The translations under genes and the position numbers were made by a program. Shown piece after piece: positions 9,840 through 19,821 of a DNA stretch of 64,000 nucleotides. The notes beneath the pieces are model-generated. The model searched no databases. It saw only the letters and a list, made by a program, of their open reading frames with translations, and had not been told where the DNA came from. Numbering within the stretch: position 1 is the stretch's first letter; every line of letters starts with the position of its first letter. This DNA is from Eubacteriales bacterium. GTDB taxonomy: Bacteria; Bacillota; Clostridia; Oscillospirales; CAG-272. The stretch covers positions 4,680 to 68,679 of the forward strand of contig JAZQJB010000108.1 of assembly GCA_045541375.1 (NCBI GenBank), written 5' to 3'.

Positions 9840-10792
9840 TATAATTCGTCGCAAAGTCGGATAGCACCCGATGTGAGAAATTCAATGTTTTCCTCTTTGA
9901 AAACAACATCCTTTGCTGTATGTATCTTGTCCATATAGAGCGTGCGGAGCTTCTTTGAGTAATTCAACGCCGCCACTCCGACGCCCGCCTTGAAGTTCGC
10001 CTGATCGGAGGGGTAGAATACTCCTTTCGAAGCAATATCAACGGTGAAGCTCTCGTTTGAAACAAAGCTCTTTTCAAGCGCGGGGATATATTTTTTCGCG
10101 GCATTTTTAACTGCAAAAAGAATAGTGTTGCCGTCCGAAACGCAATCGAAATTGAGAAGAAGCTTGTCCTTCATCTCTTTCTTATGCTTCGAAGCAAAGC
10201 CCGAAGAGCCGAAAAGCCCCATTTCTTCAAGGTCGAAGAAAATGAAAGCGATCTCGTTTTTCTTTTCCTCGGGAAGTGCCTGCATTATTTCCATAAGAGT
10301 GATGACACCCGAGGTGTTGTCGTTTGCCGTGTGCTTGTTCGCGGGACCGCTCATAAAGAGGAAAAAGGTGAGAAAATATCCAAGCAGCCAAGCATAATAG
10401 GATAGCAGGTCTGCAAGATCTTCTCCTATTGCGAGAGCATCGCAGATAAGATCGGCAACGTATGCAAGACCGAATGCCACCACGAAAAGCACGGCAAGCA
10501 GCACCACGGTTATAAGGAGCTGATACACGAGATAATAGAAGAAATTCTTCGGTGTAATAAAGTTCGGAAAAGGAAGACGCGGGCAGGTGTCATAGTGCGC
10601 GGTATAGACAGCTTTTGCACTTGCGGGATCGCCGATGACGATATTACGCGCGCCGAATGAGCCTTTCTCAACCTTTGCGGAATAACCGCTGTCCTTGGCG
10701 AATTGTAAGATATGATCTATAAATCCGTCCTTTTGCTTCTTTGTTTTTCTGATATGGAAATTATCAAACACGTATTTTGAAGCTTCGGTCAT
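9839..10792 (-). CDS. M28 family metallopeptidase, membrane-associated
   Basis: Motifs HYDT, NDNTSGV and FFDLEEMGLFGS are typical of M28 zinc aminopeptidases, with internal hydrophobic helices. Start at ATG 10792 has RBS AAGGAGG and overlaps the upstream stop (TAATG). Confidence 0.65.
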   Translation of the reverse strand: MTEASKYVFDNFHIRKTKKQKDGFIDHILQFAKDSGYSAKVEKGSFGARNIVIGDPASAKAVYTAHYDTCPRLPFPNFITPKNFFYYLVYQLLITVVLLAVLFVVAFGLAYVADLICDALAIGEDLADLLSYYAWLLGYFLTFFLFMSGPANKHTANDNTSGVITLMEIMQALPEEKKNEIAFIFFDLEEMGLFGSSGFASKHKKEMKDKLLLNFDCVSDGNTILFAVKNAAKKYIPALEKSFVSNESFTVDIASKGVFYPSDQANFKAGVGVAALNYSKKLRTLYMDKIHTAKDVVFKEENIEFLTSGAIRLCDEL

Positions 10793-11766
10793 TATTTGCT
10801 GCCTCCTTCGATGAAATCGAATATCTTGTTCCAAAGCTCTTCGTCCTGCTCGGTGATCTTTTCCCAATCCCAGGAGTTGCGGAAAGTGTCGACCGCTTCA
10901 GTCGTTTCGAAGGCCTTTTTCTTCATACCTTCGGTCATTGCCTTGCTCATTTTGTCAAGCTCCGCAACTGCGCTTGCCGAGTAATTTGGATTGTGCAGCT
11001 TGCCGTGAACAAGGCAGAATTCGATGTCAGCGCCCTCGGGAGGGGAGTTTTTCAAAGTGTCGAAATGATACGCTGTTTTAACTGTCGGATCGTTGTCCGA
11101 TGCTATGTAAAGAATTCGGCTCTTTGAATTTTTCAAGCTCTTGCGAGCGTCGATAAGCGAATACATCGGATTCGATTCGTGCTCAAGACGCATCACGGAC
11201 GGGCGGTAGAATCGGAGGATCCCAGAGAAAAATTGCTCGATCATTCGCTCGACACCGATAAATCCCGAAAGCGAGATGCAGGATTCGATCTCGGGATGGA
11301 GTGCGGAAATGTTCAGCGCGGCAAAACCGCCCCAACTGTGACCGATGACGGTGTATTTCGCATTGCCGTATTCCTTTGCGGAATGAAGCGCGTTTATTGC
11401 ATAATCAAGGTCGCAAAGCGACTGCGCAAAGCCGACGATGTTCTCACCCTCCGACTCACGGCATCCCGTGTGATCGTATGTGAAAACGGTGTATCCGCGG
11501 CGCGCGATAAGCTCGATCTCCTTCAGATAAGCAACGTGCCCGTTGCCCATTCCGTGATCGAAAATAATGAGTCTGTCCTTGCGCGGTGAGGAATAATAGT
11601 AGTAATATCCCTGCAATTTTTGTCCTGCGTTGCCCTCAAAATCAAAGGGTGTGCGCTGCAGCCCGGGAAAATCCGATGCGGAATAATAATGCAAAAGCGG
11701 ATTGCCGTCCTGACGGATATGAATATTGCTTTTGTATACGTTAAGTATTGCCTTTTCAAAAATCAT
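10792..11766 (-). CDS. alpha/beta hydrolase
   Basis: 324 aa, nucleophile elbow GHSWGG, HGMGNGH oxyanion region. Confidence 0.65.
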   Translation of the reverse strand: MIFEKAILNVYKSNIHIRQDGNPLLHYYSASDFPGLQRTPFDFEGNAGQKLQGYYYYYSSPRKDRLIIFDHGMGNGHVAYLKEIELIARRGYTVFTYDHTGCRESEGENIVGFAQSLCDLDYAINALHSAKEYGNAKYTVIGHSWGGFAALNISALHPEIESCISLSGFIGVERMIEQFFSGILRFYRPSVMRLEHESNPMYSLIDARKSLKNSKSRILYIASDNDPTVKTAYHFDTLKNSPPEGADIEFCLVHGKLHNPNYSASAVAELDKMSKAMTEGMKKKAFETTEAVDTFRNSWDWEKITEQDEELWNKIFDFIEGGSK

Positions 11767-11769
11767 TTT

Positions 11770-12519
11770 TTACTCCAATATAATACCAACGGGGCAATGG
11801 TCGCTGCCCATTACCGAGGTGAGGATGAAGCTGTCCCGAACACGCTCAAACAGGCGGTCAGATACAACAAAATAGTCGATTCGCCACCCTACGTTCTTTG
11901 CGCGGGCAGAGAACATATAACTCCACCAGGAATACTCGATCTTGTCGGGATAAAGCGAGCGGAAGGTGTCCTTGAAACCACTTTCAAGAAGCTCGGTGAA
12001 CTTGCCGCGCTCCTCGTCGGAAAAGCCTGCGCTTTGATGATTTGATTTAGGATTTTTAAGATCAATCTCATTGTGCGCGACGTTCAGATCACCGCAATAA
12101 ATGACCGGCTTCTTTTCGTCGAGCGATTTGATATATCCCCGCAAAGCGTCCTCCCAAGACATTCTGTAATCAAGCCGCGCAAGCTCGCGCTGTGCGTTGG
12201 GAGTGTAGACGCAGAGAAGGTAGAAATCATCGTATTCAAGCGTGATGGCGCGCCCCTCGGTATCGTGCTCCGGAATGCCAATGCCGTATGAAACCGAAAG
12301 CGGCTCGTGCTTCGTAAAGATAGCAGTTCCCGAGTAGCCTTTCTTTTCTGCGCTGTACCAATATTGATAATATCCTTCGGGTTCAAAAGCAGCTTGTCCC
12401 GGTTGCATTTTCGTTTCCTGAATGCAGACAAAATCAGCATCCTGCTCGGCAAAAAACTCGCCGAATCCCTTTTCGAGACAAGCGCGAAATCCGTTTACGT
12501 TCCATGATATGAATTTCAT
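11770..12519 (-). CDS. xth: exodeoxyribonuclease III (AP endonuclease)
   Basis: MKFISWNVNGFRA..., IQETK, GDLNVAH and SDHCPV are the classic ExoIII/EEP motifs over the full 249 aa. Confidence 0.9.
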   Translation of the reverse strand: MKFISWNVNGFRACLEKGFGEFFAEQDADFVCIQETKMQPGQAAFEPEGYYQYWYSAEKKGYSGTAIFTKHEPLSVSYGIGIPEHDTEGRAITLEYDDFYLLCVYTPNAQRELARLDYRMSWEDALRGYIKSLDEKKPVIYCGDLNVAHNEIDLKNPKSNHQSAGFSDEERGKFTELLESGFKDTFRSLYPDKIEYSWWSYMFSARAKNVGWRIDYFVVSDRLFERVRDSFILTSVMGSDHCPVGIILE

Positions 12520-12998
12520 TTCGTTACCTCAAAATATTCGCAGAGTGCGGTGTGTTCGCGGAGATAAGATCCGCGTGTTTCCTCGCGCCTGAATTCATCG
12601 TGGCGCGACCAAAGATCGCGGATGAATTCAATATTTACCCATTCGGGAACGAGTCCCGTTTTGATTTCCGCATTTGTGAGTTTTCGCTCGGATTTTCCGA
12701 CAGCTTCGCAGATGTAATAATGAGAAATAAATTTCCAATCATCATAATACTCGTTTACCGTGATAAGGTGATCTTTAACTTTTACGAGTATTCCGGTTTC
12801 CTCGCATATCTCGCGAATACAGCATTCTTCAAGGCTTTCGTCTTTTTCAAGTCCTCCGCCCGGAGAGAAAAATTGCTTGTCTTTGAGCTCGTGGCAAATC
12901 AATATTTTATCGTTTTCAACCACAAACCCGCGGCACGCAATGCGACTCCTTTTGACTTCGGGTAACCGGTTATTCCCGAATATATCAACCGTTTTCAT
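12516..12998 (-). CDS. NUDIX hydrolase
   Basis: Nudix box GGGLEKDESLEECCIREICEETG. 4-nt ATGA overlap with xth. Confidence 0.8.
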   Translation of the reverse strand: MKTVDIFGNNRLPEVKRSRIACRGFVVENDKILICHELKDKQFFSPGGGLEKDESLEECCIREICEETGILVKVKDHLITVNEYYDDWKFISHYYICEAVGKSERKLTNAEIKTGLVPEWVNIEFIRDLWSRHDEFRREETRGSYLREHTALCEYFEVTK

Positions 12999-13033
12999 TG
13001 TTTGACCTCATTTTGCATTCTGCATTCTGCATT

Positions 13034-13360
13034 TTATTGCTGCGGAACAACTGCGAAGAATACAAGATCCTTCTTGCCCTTGTTAATGAAGCAGTGCTCG
13101 TGACCCTTGGGGCAGTAGTGACACTCGCCCGCCTCGACCTTTTCTTCGTTTCCGTCAAGAACCGCGGTGCCGACGCCTTCAAGAACGTAAATGATCTCGC
13201 AGGAATCCTCGTGGCAATGCATTCCGATCGAACAGCCGGGCTCAAGGGTAATTCTCATAATTTTATTTTTGTCGTCAACAAACATCTGCGCGGCTGTGAT
13301 ACCGTCGCCGCCTTTGAAATTAGGCATAAGTGTTGCTTTGATATTTGAAAAATTGATCAT
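13034..13360 (-). CDS. cupin domain protein
   Basis: Cupin motifs (GMHCHEDSCEIIYVLEG ... CPKGHEH). Start placed at ATG 13360, 10 nt after GGAGG, not at the track start 13396. Confidence 0.65.
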   Translation of the reverse strand: MINFSNIKATLMPNFKGGDGITAAQMFVDDKNKIMRITLEPGCSIGMHCHEDSCEIIYVLEGVGTAVLDGNEEKVEAGECHYCPKGHEHCFINKGKKDLVFFAVVPQQ

Positions 13361-13473
13361 AAATATTTTGCCTCCAAATAAAATTTTACTTGACAAACGT
13401 TCAATATAATGATATTATATACTTAATAAAGCCAAAAGTCAAGACTTTTCGGCATACACAAAGGAGATAAATT

Positions 13474-14604
13474 ATGATCTACAAGGAATTTAAGGGCAAA
13501 AAGCTTTCCGCACTCGGTATGGGATGCATGAGACTTCCCACTTACGGAGAGGATAAGACCATCGACGAGGCGAAGGCCGCCGAGATGTTCGACTATGCGA
13601 TCAAGAACGGTATAAATTATTTTGATACGGCCTGGGGCTATCACGACGGCAAGAGTGAGCTTGTCGTTGGCAAGCTGCTCGAAAAGTATCCCCGCGAGAG
13701 CTTTTATCTCGCGTCGAAATTTCCGGGATACTCAAAGGAGACTTGGGGCAGAGCAAAGGAGATATTTGAAAAACAGCTTGAAAAGTGCCGCGTCGATCAT
13801 TTTGATTTCTATCTTATTCATAACGTCAGCGAAGGCAATATCGACGCATATCTTGACGAAAAATACGGCGACGTAATGTATTTCGTCAAAATGCGCGAGG
13901 AGGGCAAGATCGGTCATCTCGGTTTTTCCACTCACGCAAACCTCGAAAATATGCGCCGTTTCCTCGACAAATACGGTAAATATATGGAATTCTGCCAGAT
14001 ACAGCTCAACTGGCTCGACTGGCGTCTTCAGAAGGCAGAGGCAAAGGTTGCAATGATGAAGGAATACGGCGATATTCCCGTTTGGGTAATGGAGCCCGTT
14101 CGCGGCGGTAAGCTTGCAACCCTGGATGAGGCTTACGCAAAGCAGCTTCAGGCGCACAGAGAGGATGAAAGCATCCCCGCGTGGGCGTTCAGATTTATTC
14201 AAAGCATTCCCGAGGTCTGCGTGACTCTTTCGGGTATGTCCGATTTTGAGCAGGTAAAGGCAAATATCAAAACCTTCTCCGAGGAAAAGCCTCTGAGTGG
14301 GGACGAGTGGAATACTCTTATGTCGATCGCAGACAGTATGGTCGGCAGAAAGACTCTTAATTGTACCGCCTGCAGATATTGTACCACATATTGTCCCCAG
14401 GGACTTGACATTCCCCGCATCATCGAGCATTATAACGAGCACACCGTTTCGGGCAGAAGCGAGGTCTCGCCGAGAATGATCGCTTCCTATGCCGAAGATA
14501 AGCTTCCCACTGCTTGTATCGGTTGCCGCTCCTGCGAGGAGGTCTGCCCGCAGAATATCGAGATCTCCGAGATGATGTCTGATTTTGCGGCAAAGATCAA
14601 ATAA
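13474..14604 (+). CDS. aldo/keto reductase fused to a C-terminal 2x[4Fe-4S]-type cysteine cluster domain
   Basis: AKR N-terminal pattern (GMGCMRLP, FDTAWGYH). C-terminal CTACRYCTTYCP and CIGCRSCEEVCP ferredoxin-like motifs. Confidence 0.8.
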   Translation: MIYKEFKGKKLSALGMGCMRLPTYGEDKTIDEAKAAEMFDYAIKNGINYFDTAWGYHDGKSELVVGKLLEKYPRESFYLASKFPGYSKETWGRAKEIFEKQLEKCRVDHFDFYLIHNVSEGNIDAYLDEKYGDVMYFVKMREEGKIGHLGFSTHANLENMRRFLDKYGKYMEFCQIQLNWLDWRLQKAEAKVAMMKEYGDIPVWVMEPVRGGKLATLDEAYAKQLQAHREDESIPAWAFRFIQSIPEVCVTLSGMSDFEQVKANIKTFSEEKPLSGDEWNTLMSIADSMVGRKTLNCTACRYCTTYCPQGLDIPRIIEHYNEHTVSGRSEVSPRMIASYAEDKLPTACIGCRSCEEVCPQNIEISEMMSDFAAKIK

Positions 14605-14606
14605 AA

Positions 14607-16043
14607 ATGAAAAGATCAAGCGGAGTGCTTATGCACGTTTCTTCCCTTTGGGGAGAATATTCCGAGGGCTCTTTCGGCGAGGCGGCGCGCGAGTGGATCG
14701 ACCTGCTTGCCGATTGCGGCTTTACCTATTGGCAGACTTTGCCTTTCTGCCTTCCCGATGAGGCAAATTCGCCCTATAAATCATACAGCGCGTTCAGCGG
14801 CAACCCGTTTTTCATCGATCTGCCCCTGCTTTGCGAGGTAGGACTCATCACCCGTTCCGAGCTTGAAGCGGCAAGGCAGAAAACGCCGTATTATTGCGAA
14901 TTCGACAGATTGAACGAGGAGAGAATGGCTCTCCTTGCCCGCGCCTCGAAGCGTATGACGAATTACGCGCCCGTTGAGGAGTTTATGAAAACTCACCCCG
15001 GTGTCGAGCTCTTTTGCCGCTTTATGGCGCTCAAAAAGGCAAACGGCGGTAAGGAATGGATCGAATGGACGGTAGACGTTCCCGACGAAGATGAGCTCAG
15101 AACCTGGTATTTTGCGCAGTTTGCATTTTTCACTCAATGGGCGGAGATCAAGGCTTATGCGAACAAAAAAGGAATAAAGATCATCGGTGATATTCCGATA
15201 TACGTGGCGCACGACAGCGCTGATGTCTGGGGCGCACCCGAGCAGTTTCTGCTTGATGAGGACGGCTCACCCTCTGCGGTCGCGGGAGTCCCGCCCGATT
15301 ATTTTGCAGAAGACGGTCAGCTTTGGGGCAATCCCCTTTATAATTGGGGGCTTATGAAAAAAGACGGCTATTCCTGGTGGAGAAGCCGTATGGAATTTAT
15401 GCTCGAGATCTTCGACGGCGTCCGCATCGACCATTTCCGCGGCTTCGAGGCATTTTACAGCATTCCGGCAGGTGAGAAGACAGCCAAAAACGGCAAATGG
15501 GTCAAGGGTCCCGGCATCGAACTTATAAACGCCATCAAGCCTCTTTGCGAAGGAAGAATGATAATCGCAGAGGATCTTGGTGATATTACCCCCGAGGTCG
15601 AGAAGCTTGTTTCCGACAGTGGATTCCCGGGAATGCGAGTGCTCCAATTTGGCTTCCTTTCTGAGGATGACTGCCCTCACACTCCCCATAATTATCCCGC
15701 AAACTCGGTTGCCTATACGGGTACGCACGATAACAACACCCTTCTCGGCTTTGTTTGGGATATGGACGGAGGATCTCGCCGCCGTGTGTTTGATTATTGC
15801 GGCTACCGTGGCGACAACCTCGACGAAAGCTACGACTACCTCCTGCGTACGATGTTTGCAAGCCACGCCGATACACTCATCATACCCGTTCAGGATATGC
15901 TTCTTTTCGGTTCGGACACGCGCATCAATAAGCCCGGCATCGCCGAGGGCAACTGGTCGTATCGTGTGACAAAGGAACAATTTTGGCGCATCGATCGGGA
16001 AAAGTTCAAATATTATAACCGCCTCTACGGCAGAAAGAAATAA
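14607..16043 (+). CDS. malQ: 4-alpha-glucanotransferase (amylomaltase, GH77)
   Basis: RSSGVLMHVSSLWG start, IIGDIPIYV, RIDHFRGF, AEDLG and YTGTHDN are GH77 signature blocks. Confidence 0.9.
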   Translation: MKRSSGVLMHVSSLWGEYSEGSFGEAAREWIDLLADCGFTYWQTLPFCLPDEANSPYKSYSAFSGNPFFIDLPLLCEVGLITRSELEAARQKTPYYCEFDRLNEERMALLARASKRMTNYAPVEEFMKTHPGVELFCRFMALKKANGGKEWIEWTVDVPDEDELRTWYFAQFAFFTQWAEIKAYANKKGIKIIGDIPIYVAHDSADVWGAPEQFLLDEDGSPSAVAGVPPDYFAEDGQLWGNPLYNWGLMKKDGYSWWRSRMEFMLEIFDGVRIDHFRGFEAFYSIPAGEKTAKNGKWVKGPGIELINAIKPLCEGRMIIAEDLGDITPEVEKLVSDSGFPGMRVLQFGFLSEDDCPHTPHNYPANSVAYTGTHDNNTLLGFVWDMDGGSRRRVFDYCGYRGDNLDESYDYLLRTMFASHADTLIIPVQDMLLFGSDTRINKPGIAEGNWSYRVTKEQFWRIDREKFKYYNRLYGRKK

Positions 16044-16045
16044 TT

Positions 16046-19000
16046 ATGGATTATAAGCTTCAAAAGATCAGAAGATACTTCGATATAATCAAAGGCTGCA
16101 GATGGAAGAATACCCAAAAGGCAGAGAATATTCTTGTCTGCCCTTGCGATTACAAAACAGACAACACCCCGCCCGCACTTTCCGAATTCGTTCCCTTTGA
16201 AAACGGCGACGAATGGGGCACGGGCAACGACAGCCACGCTTGGTTCCGTCTCGAAGCACATTCGGACGAGGAAAACAGATATATTTTCGTCGAGACCAAC
16301 AAATCGGGTTGGGATGCTTCAAACCCGCAGTTCATCGTTTACGTAAACGGCGAGATGCGCCAGGGAGTTGACGTCAACCACCGCGAAGTCCTTCTCGGCG
16401 ATTGCGGTGACGCAGAGATCTATCTCTATGCCTACACGGGACCGAAGATCGACAAAGCACGTCTTTTCGTAACCTTCCGCACTCTTGACGCGGAGGTTGA
16501 CGGGCTTTATTACGATATGTTCTACCCCCTGTATATGCTCGATTACCTCGCGCCCGACAGCGCGGAGTACGGTCATATCCATCATTTCCTCTACCGTACA
16601 GTATCGATGCTCGAGCTTTACGAGATCGGTTCGGATGAATTCCTTGACTCGGTCAGAAAGGCAAGAGAATATCTGAAAACCGAGCTTTACGAGAATTATT
16701 GCCGCGAGCAAACGGCAAAATGCATCTGCATCGGTCACACGCATATTGACTGCGCGTGGAAGTGGACACTCAAACAGACCCGCGAGAAGGTTCAGCGTTC
16801 ATTTTCAACCGTTCTCGAGCTTATGAAGCGTTATCCCGAATATAAATTCATGTCATCGCAGGCATTCCTTTATAAAAATCTCAAAGAAGAAGCGCCCGAG
16901 GTCTATGCCGCGGTCGCGCAAAAGATCAAAGAGGGAAGATGGGAATGCGAAGGCGCGATGTGGGTCGAGGCGGATTGCAACTTGTCCTCGGGCGAAAGCC
17001 TTGTCCGTCAGGTGATGTACGGTAAGCGATTCTTTAAGGATGAATTCGGCGTTGATAACCGTGTTCTCTGGCTTCCCGACGTTTTCGGATATTCCGCAGC
17101 ACTCCCGCAGATACTCCGTAAGTGCGGCGTTGATTGGTTCGTCACCTCGAAGATCAGCTGGAATGACAAAAACAAGATGCCTTGCGACACCTTCGCGTGG
17201 AAGGGCATCGACGGTACTTCGATCAACAGCTATTTCCTAACAGCGACCAATACCCAGAATATGAAGCGCCCCGAGCAGCTCAAAAATCACGAGTACCATA
17301 CCACCACGTACAATGCCAACACCTACCCGACACAGATCGCGGGTACTTACGAGCGTTATCAGCAAAAGAATCTGAATGACGAAGCTCTCGTCACCTTCGG
17401 CTACGGCGACGGCGGCGGAGGACCTACCTCGGAGTATATCGAGCTCCTTCGCAGAAGCGAAAAGGGAATTCCCGGCTCTCCGCAGACAAGGATCGAATTT
17501 GCGGGCGATTTCCTCCGCAGACTCGAAAAGAAGATAGAGAGCAACCCCGAGCTTCCCACGTGGCAGGGCGAGCTTTATCTTGAATTCCACCGCGGCACTT
17601 ACACCACAATGGCGGATAACAAGAAGGGCAACCGTAAGGCGGAATTTCTTTACGAAAACGCCGAGCTTCTCGGTGTGACTGCAAAGACTCTCTTTGGTGA
17701 TACCTTCCCCGCAGAAAAGCTCCGCAGTGGCTGGGAGATGATCCTCACCAATCAGTTCCACGATATTATCCCCGGCTCCTCGATCAAGGAAGTTTACGAC
17801 CAAAGCAAGATCGACTACGGCGTGATCCACGGAATCGGAAACGAGATTGCAAACGGAATCCGCGAAAAGATCGCATCGTCGCTTGACAAAAAGCACGGCT
17901 ACGTTGTTTTCAACCCCAACGCGTTTGAAGGCGAAGGCTTCGTTGAAATTGACGGCAAGGCGGCTTATGTAAAGGGAATCGCACAGAAGGGCTATTCAGT
18001 TGCGAATGATTTCGTTACCGAAAACAGCGTTTCCATCAACGGAAACAAGGTTGAAACCGACCGCCGTTGCGTCACCTTCGATGACGCTTGGCAAATCGTT
18101 TCGGTATATGACAAGAAGGCGGAAAGAGAACTTATAAAGGCGGGCAATGTTGCCAACGAGCTCCGCATCCACGCGGATTATCCGCCCTACTACGATGCTT
18201 GGGAGTGGAGCCAGTATAACTCGACAGAGTACAGAACGATAACCGACGTTTCCGACGTTCGCGTGATAGACAACGGCGCAAAGCGCGGAATAAGGATCAC
18301 CCGTAAATACGGCTCATCCACCATCGTTCAGACGGTTTGGTTCAACGATTTCTCTGCACAGATCGACTTTGAAACTCAAGTCGATTGGCACGAAAGCCAC
18401 AAGATGCTCAAGGCTGTATTTCCCGTGGACATTCTTGCCGACAAGGCGACCTACGACATCCAATTCGGAAGCATCGAGCGTCCCACTCACAAGAATACAA
18501 GCTGGGATGAGGCAAAGTTCGAGGTCTGTGCGCATAAATACGCCGATCTTTCGGACGGCGGCTACGGTGTGTCGTTGATGAACGACTGCAAGTACGGATA
18601 CGACATCCACGATGGTGTTATGCAGATCTCGTTGCTGCGTTCTACAAAGGATCCCAACCCCGAGGCAGATATGGGCGAACACAGCTTCACCTATTCGCTC
18701 TATCCTCACGAAGGCGCTCTCCGCGACAGCGATACGGTAAAACGCGCGTATATGCTCAACGTTCCCCTGATCGCACTTCCCGCAAGCGGTGACGCGGATA
18801 TTATTCCCACCGAATTTTCCGCGATCTCCCTCGACTGCGAACACGCGGCTTGCGAGACCGTAAAACAAGCCGAGGATGGCGAGGGCACGGTTATTCGTAT
18901 ATACGAATACAAAAATATCCGCGGAAAGCTTAATATTGCCACCGCGATCCCGTTCAAAAAAGCATATCTTTGCGATATGCTCGAGAACGAGATCTGCGAG

Positions 19001-19072
19001 CTTCCCGACGAAAACGGCAAGATCATTTGCGGCATAAAGGGCTTTGAGATACTTACCGTTAAACTGAAATAA
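16046..19072 (+). CDS. GH38 family alpha-mannosidase
   Basis: 1008 aa. GHTHIDCAWKW metal-site motif, WLPDVFGY, and the NQFHDIIPGS block typical of bacterial GH38 enzymes. Confidence 0.85.
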   Translation: MDYKLQKIRRYFDIIKGCRWKNTQKAENILVCPCDYKTDNTPPALSEFVPFENGDEWGTGNDSHAWFRLEAHSDEENRYIFVETNKSGWDASNPQFIVYVNGEMRQGVDVNHREVLLGDCGDAEIYLYAYTGPKIDKARLFVTFRTLDAEVDGLYYDMFYPLYMLDYLAPDSAEYGHIHHFLYRTVSMLELYEIGSDEFLDSVRKAREYLKTELYENYCREQTAKCICIGHTHIDCAWKWTLKQTREKVQRSFSTVLELMKRYPEYKFMSSQAFLYKNLKEEAPEVYAAVAQKIKEGRWECEGAMWVEADCNLSSGESLVRQVMYGKRFFKDEFGVDNRVLWLPDVFGYSAALPQILRKCGVDWFVTSKISWNDKNKMPCDTFAWKGIDGTSINSYFLTATNTQNMKRPEQLKNHEYHTTTYNANTYPTQIAGTYERYQQKNLNDEALVTFGYGDGGGGPTSEYIELLRRSEKGIPGSPQTRIEFAGDFLRRLEKKIESNPELPTWQGELYLEFHRGTYTTMADNKKGNRKAEFLYENAELLGVTAKTLFGDTFPAEKLRSGWEMILTNQFHDIIPGSSIKEVYDQSKIDYGVIHGIGNEIANGIREKIASSLDKKHGYVVFNPNAFEGEGFVEIDGKAAYVKGIAQKGYSVANDFVTENSVSINGNKVETDRRCVTFDDAWQIVSVYDKKAERELIKAGNVANELRIHADYPPYYDAWEWSQYNSTEYRTITDVSDVRVIDNGAKRGIRITRKYGSSTIVQTVWFNDFSAQIDFETQVDWHESHKMLKAVFPVDILADKATYDIQFGSIERPTHKNTSWDEAKFEVCAHKYADLSDGGYGVSLMNDCKYGYDIHDGVMQISLLRSTKDPNPEADMGEHSFTYSLYPHEGALRDSDTVKRAYMLNVPLIALPASGDADIIPTEFSAISLDCEHAACETVKQAEDGEGTVIRIYEYKNIRGKLNIATAIPFKKAYLCDMLENEICELPDENGKIICGIKGFEILTVKLK

Positions 19073-19094
19073 TCCGCTAAAATTAAAAATTCAA

Positions 19095-19123
19095 GTATAA
19101 TTCTCCTTGATTGACAGATACTA
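19095..19123 (+). promoter_or_regulatory. candidate forespore sigma-G/F type promoter for spoVT
   Basis: GTATA at 19095-19099, 17-nt spacer, GATACTA at 19117-19123. This compares with the B. subtilis sigma-G consensus GnATA-N17/18-CATACTA. B. subtilis spoVT is sigma-G dependent. Confidence 0.4.
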
Positions 19124-19159
19124 TGCACGTACCCTGAAAATCAAGGAGAATTTATATAA

Positions 19160-19720
19160 ATGAAAGCCACAGGAATTGTTAGAAGAATCGATGACCTCGG
19201 ACGTGTTGTCATTCCCAAAGAAATAAGAAGAACCATGCGCATCCGCGAGGGCGATCCGCTTGAGATCTACACCGATCGCGAGGGAGAGGTCATCTTCAAA
19301 AAATATTCGCCCATTGGCGAGCTTAACTCTTTTGCAACGCAGTATGCCGAAACGCTCCATAAGACGGGCGAGATCAGCGTTCTTATCTGCGACCGTGATG
19401 CGGTCATTGCCGTTTCGGGCGCGCCGAAAAAGGAATACGTTGACAAGCATATCGCGCCCGAGCTCGAGGTCATCATCGAAAGCCGTCAGCTTTATCTTTA
19501 CCGCGACGGCGAAACGAAATTCGAGCCCATCAACGATAATTGCTCGCATTATATCCGTTGCGCCATGCCGATAATTTCGGAGGGCGACATTCTCGGCTGC
19601 GTTGTATCACTCGATTCGATCGAGTCCCCCGCACCCAGAATGCCCGAGCACGAAAAGAGCGTCGAGGTCAAACTCGTTCAGACTGCCGCCGCTTTCCTTG
19701 GAAAACAGCTTGAGTCTTAA
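19160..19720 (+). CDS. spoVT: stage V sporulation protein T (AbrB-family regulator)
   Basis: N-terminal SpoVT/AbrB swapped-hairpin domain MKATGIVRRIDDLGRVVIPKEIRRTMRIREGDPLEIY plus a GAF-like C-terminal half. 186 aa is the typical size. Confidence 0.9.
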   Translation: MKATGIVRRIDDLGRVVIPKEIRRTMRIREGDPLEIYTDREGEVIFKKYSPIGELNSFATQYAETLHKTGEISVLICDRDAVIAVSGAPKKEYVDKHIAPELEVIIESRQLYLYRDGETKFEPINDNCSHYIRCAMPIISEGDILGCVVSLDSIESPAPRMPEHEKSVEVKLVQTAAAFLGKQLES

Positions 19721-19725
19721 AACTA

Positions 19726-19755
19726 ATGCCGATCCCTGCGGGTATCGGCATTTTT
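19726..19755 (+). terminator. rho-independent terminator after spoVT
   Basis: ATGCCGATCCC-tgcg-GGTATCGGCAT hairpin followed by TTTTT. Confidence 0.7.
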
Positions 19756-19821
19756 ATATTGACTTTTTTCTGCAATTGTGATAAAATTAGTCTATCAATT
19801 ATTTTGGGAGGAAACACGAAA

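Noticed and set aside
19726-19821. Track start of the 808-aa ORF at 19726, and similar upstream extensions at 4299, 23564, 31397, 40608, 50976, 51160, 57412, 10867, 9854, 13396 and 63760.
   Set aside because: The extensions read through terminators, promoters or riboswitches, or they lack an RBS. Internal ATG/GTG/TTG starts with good Shine-Dalgarno spacing, signal peptides or stop-start overlaps fit better.
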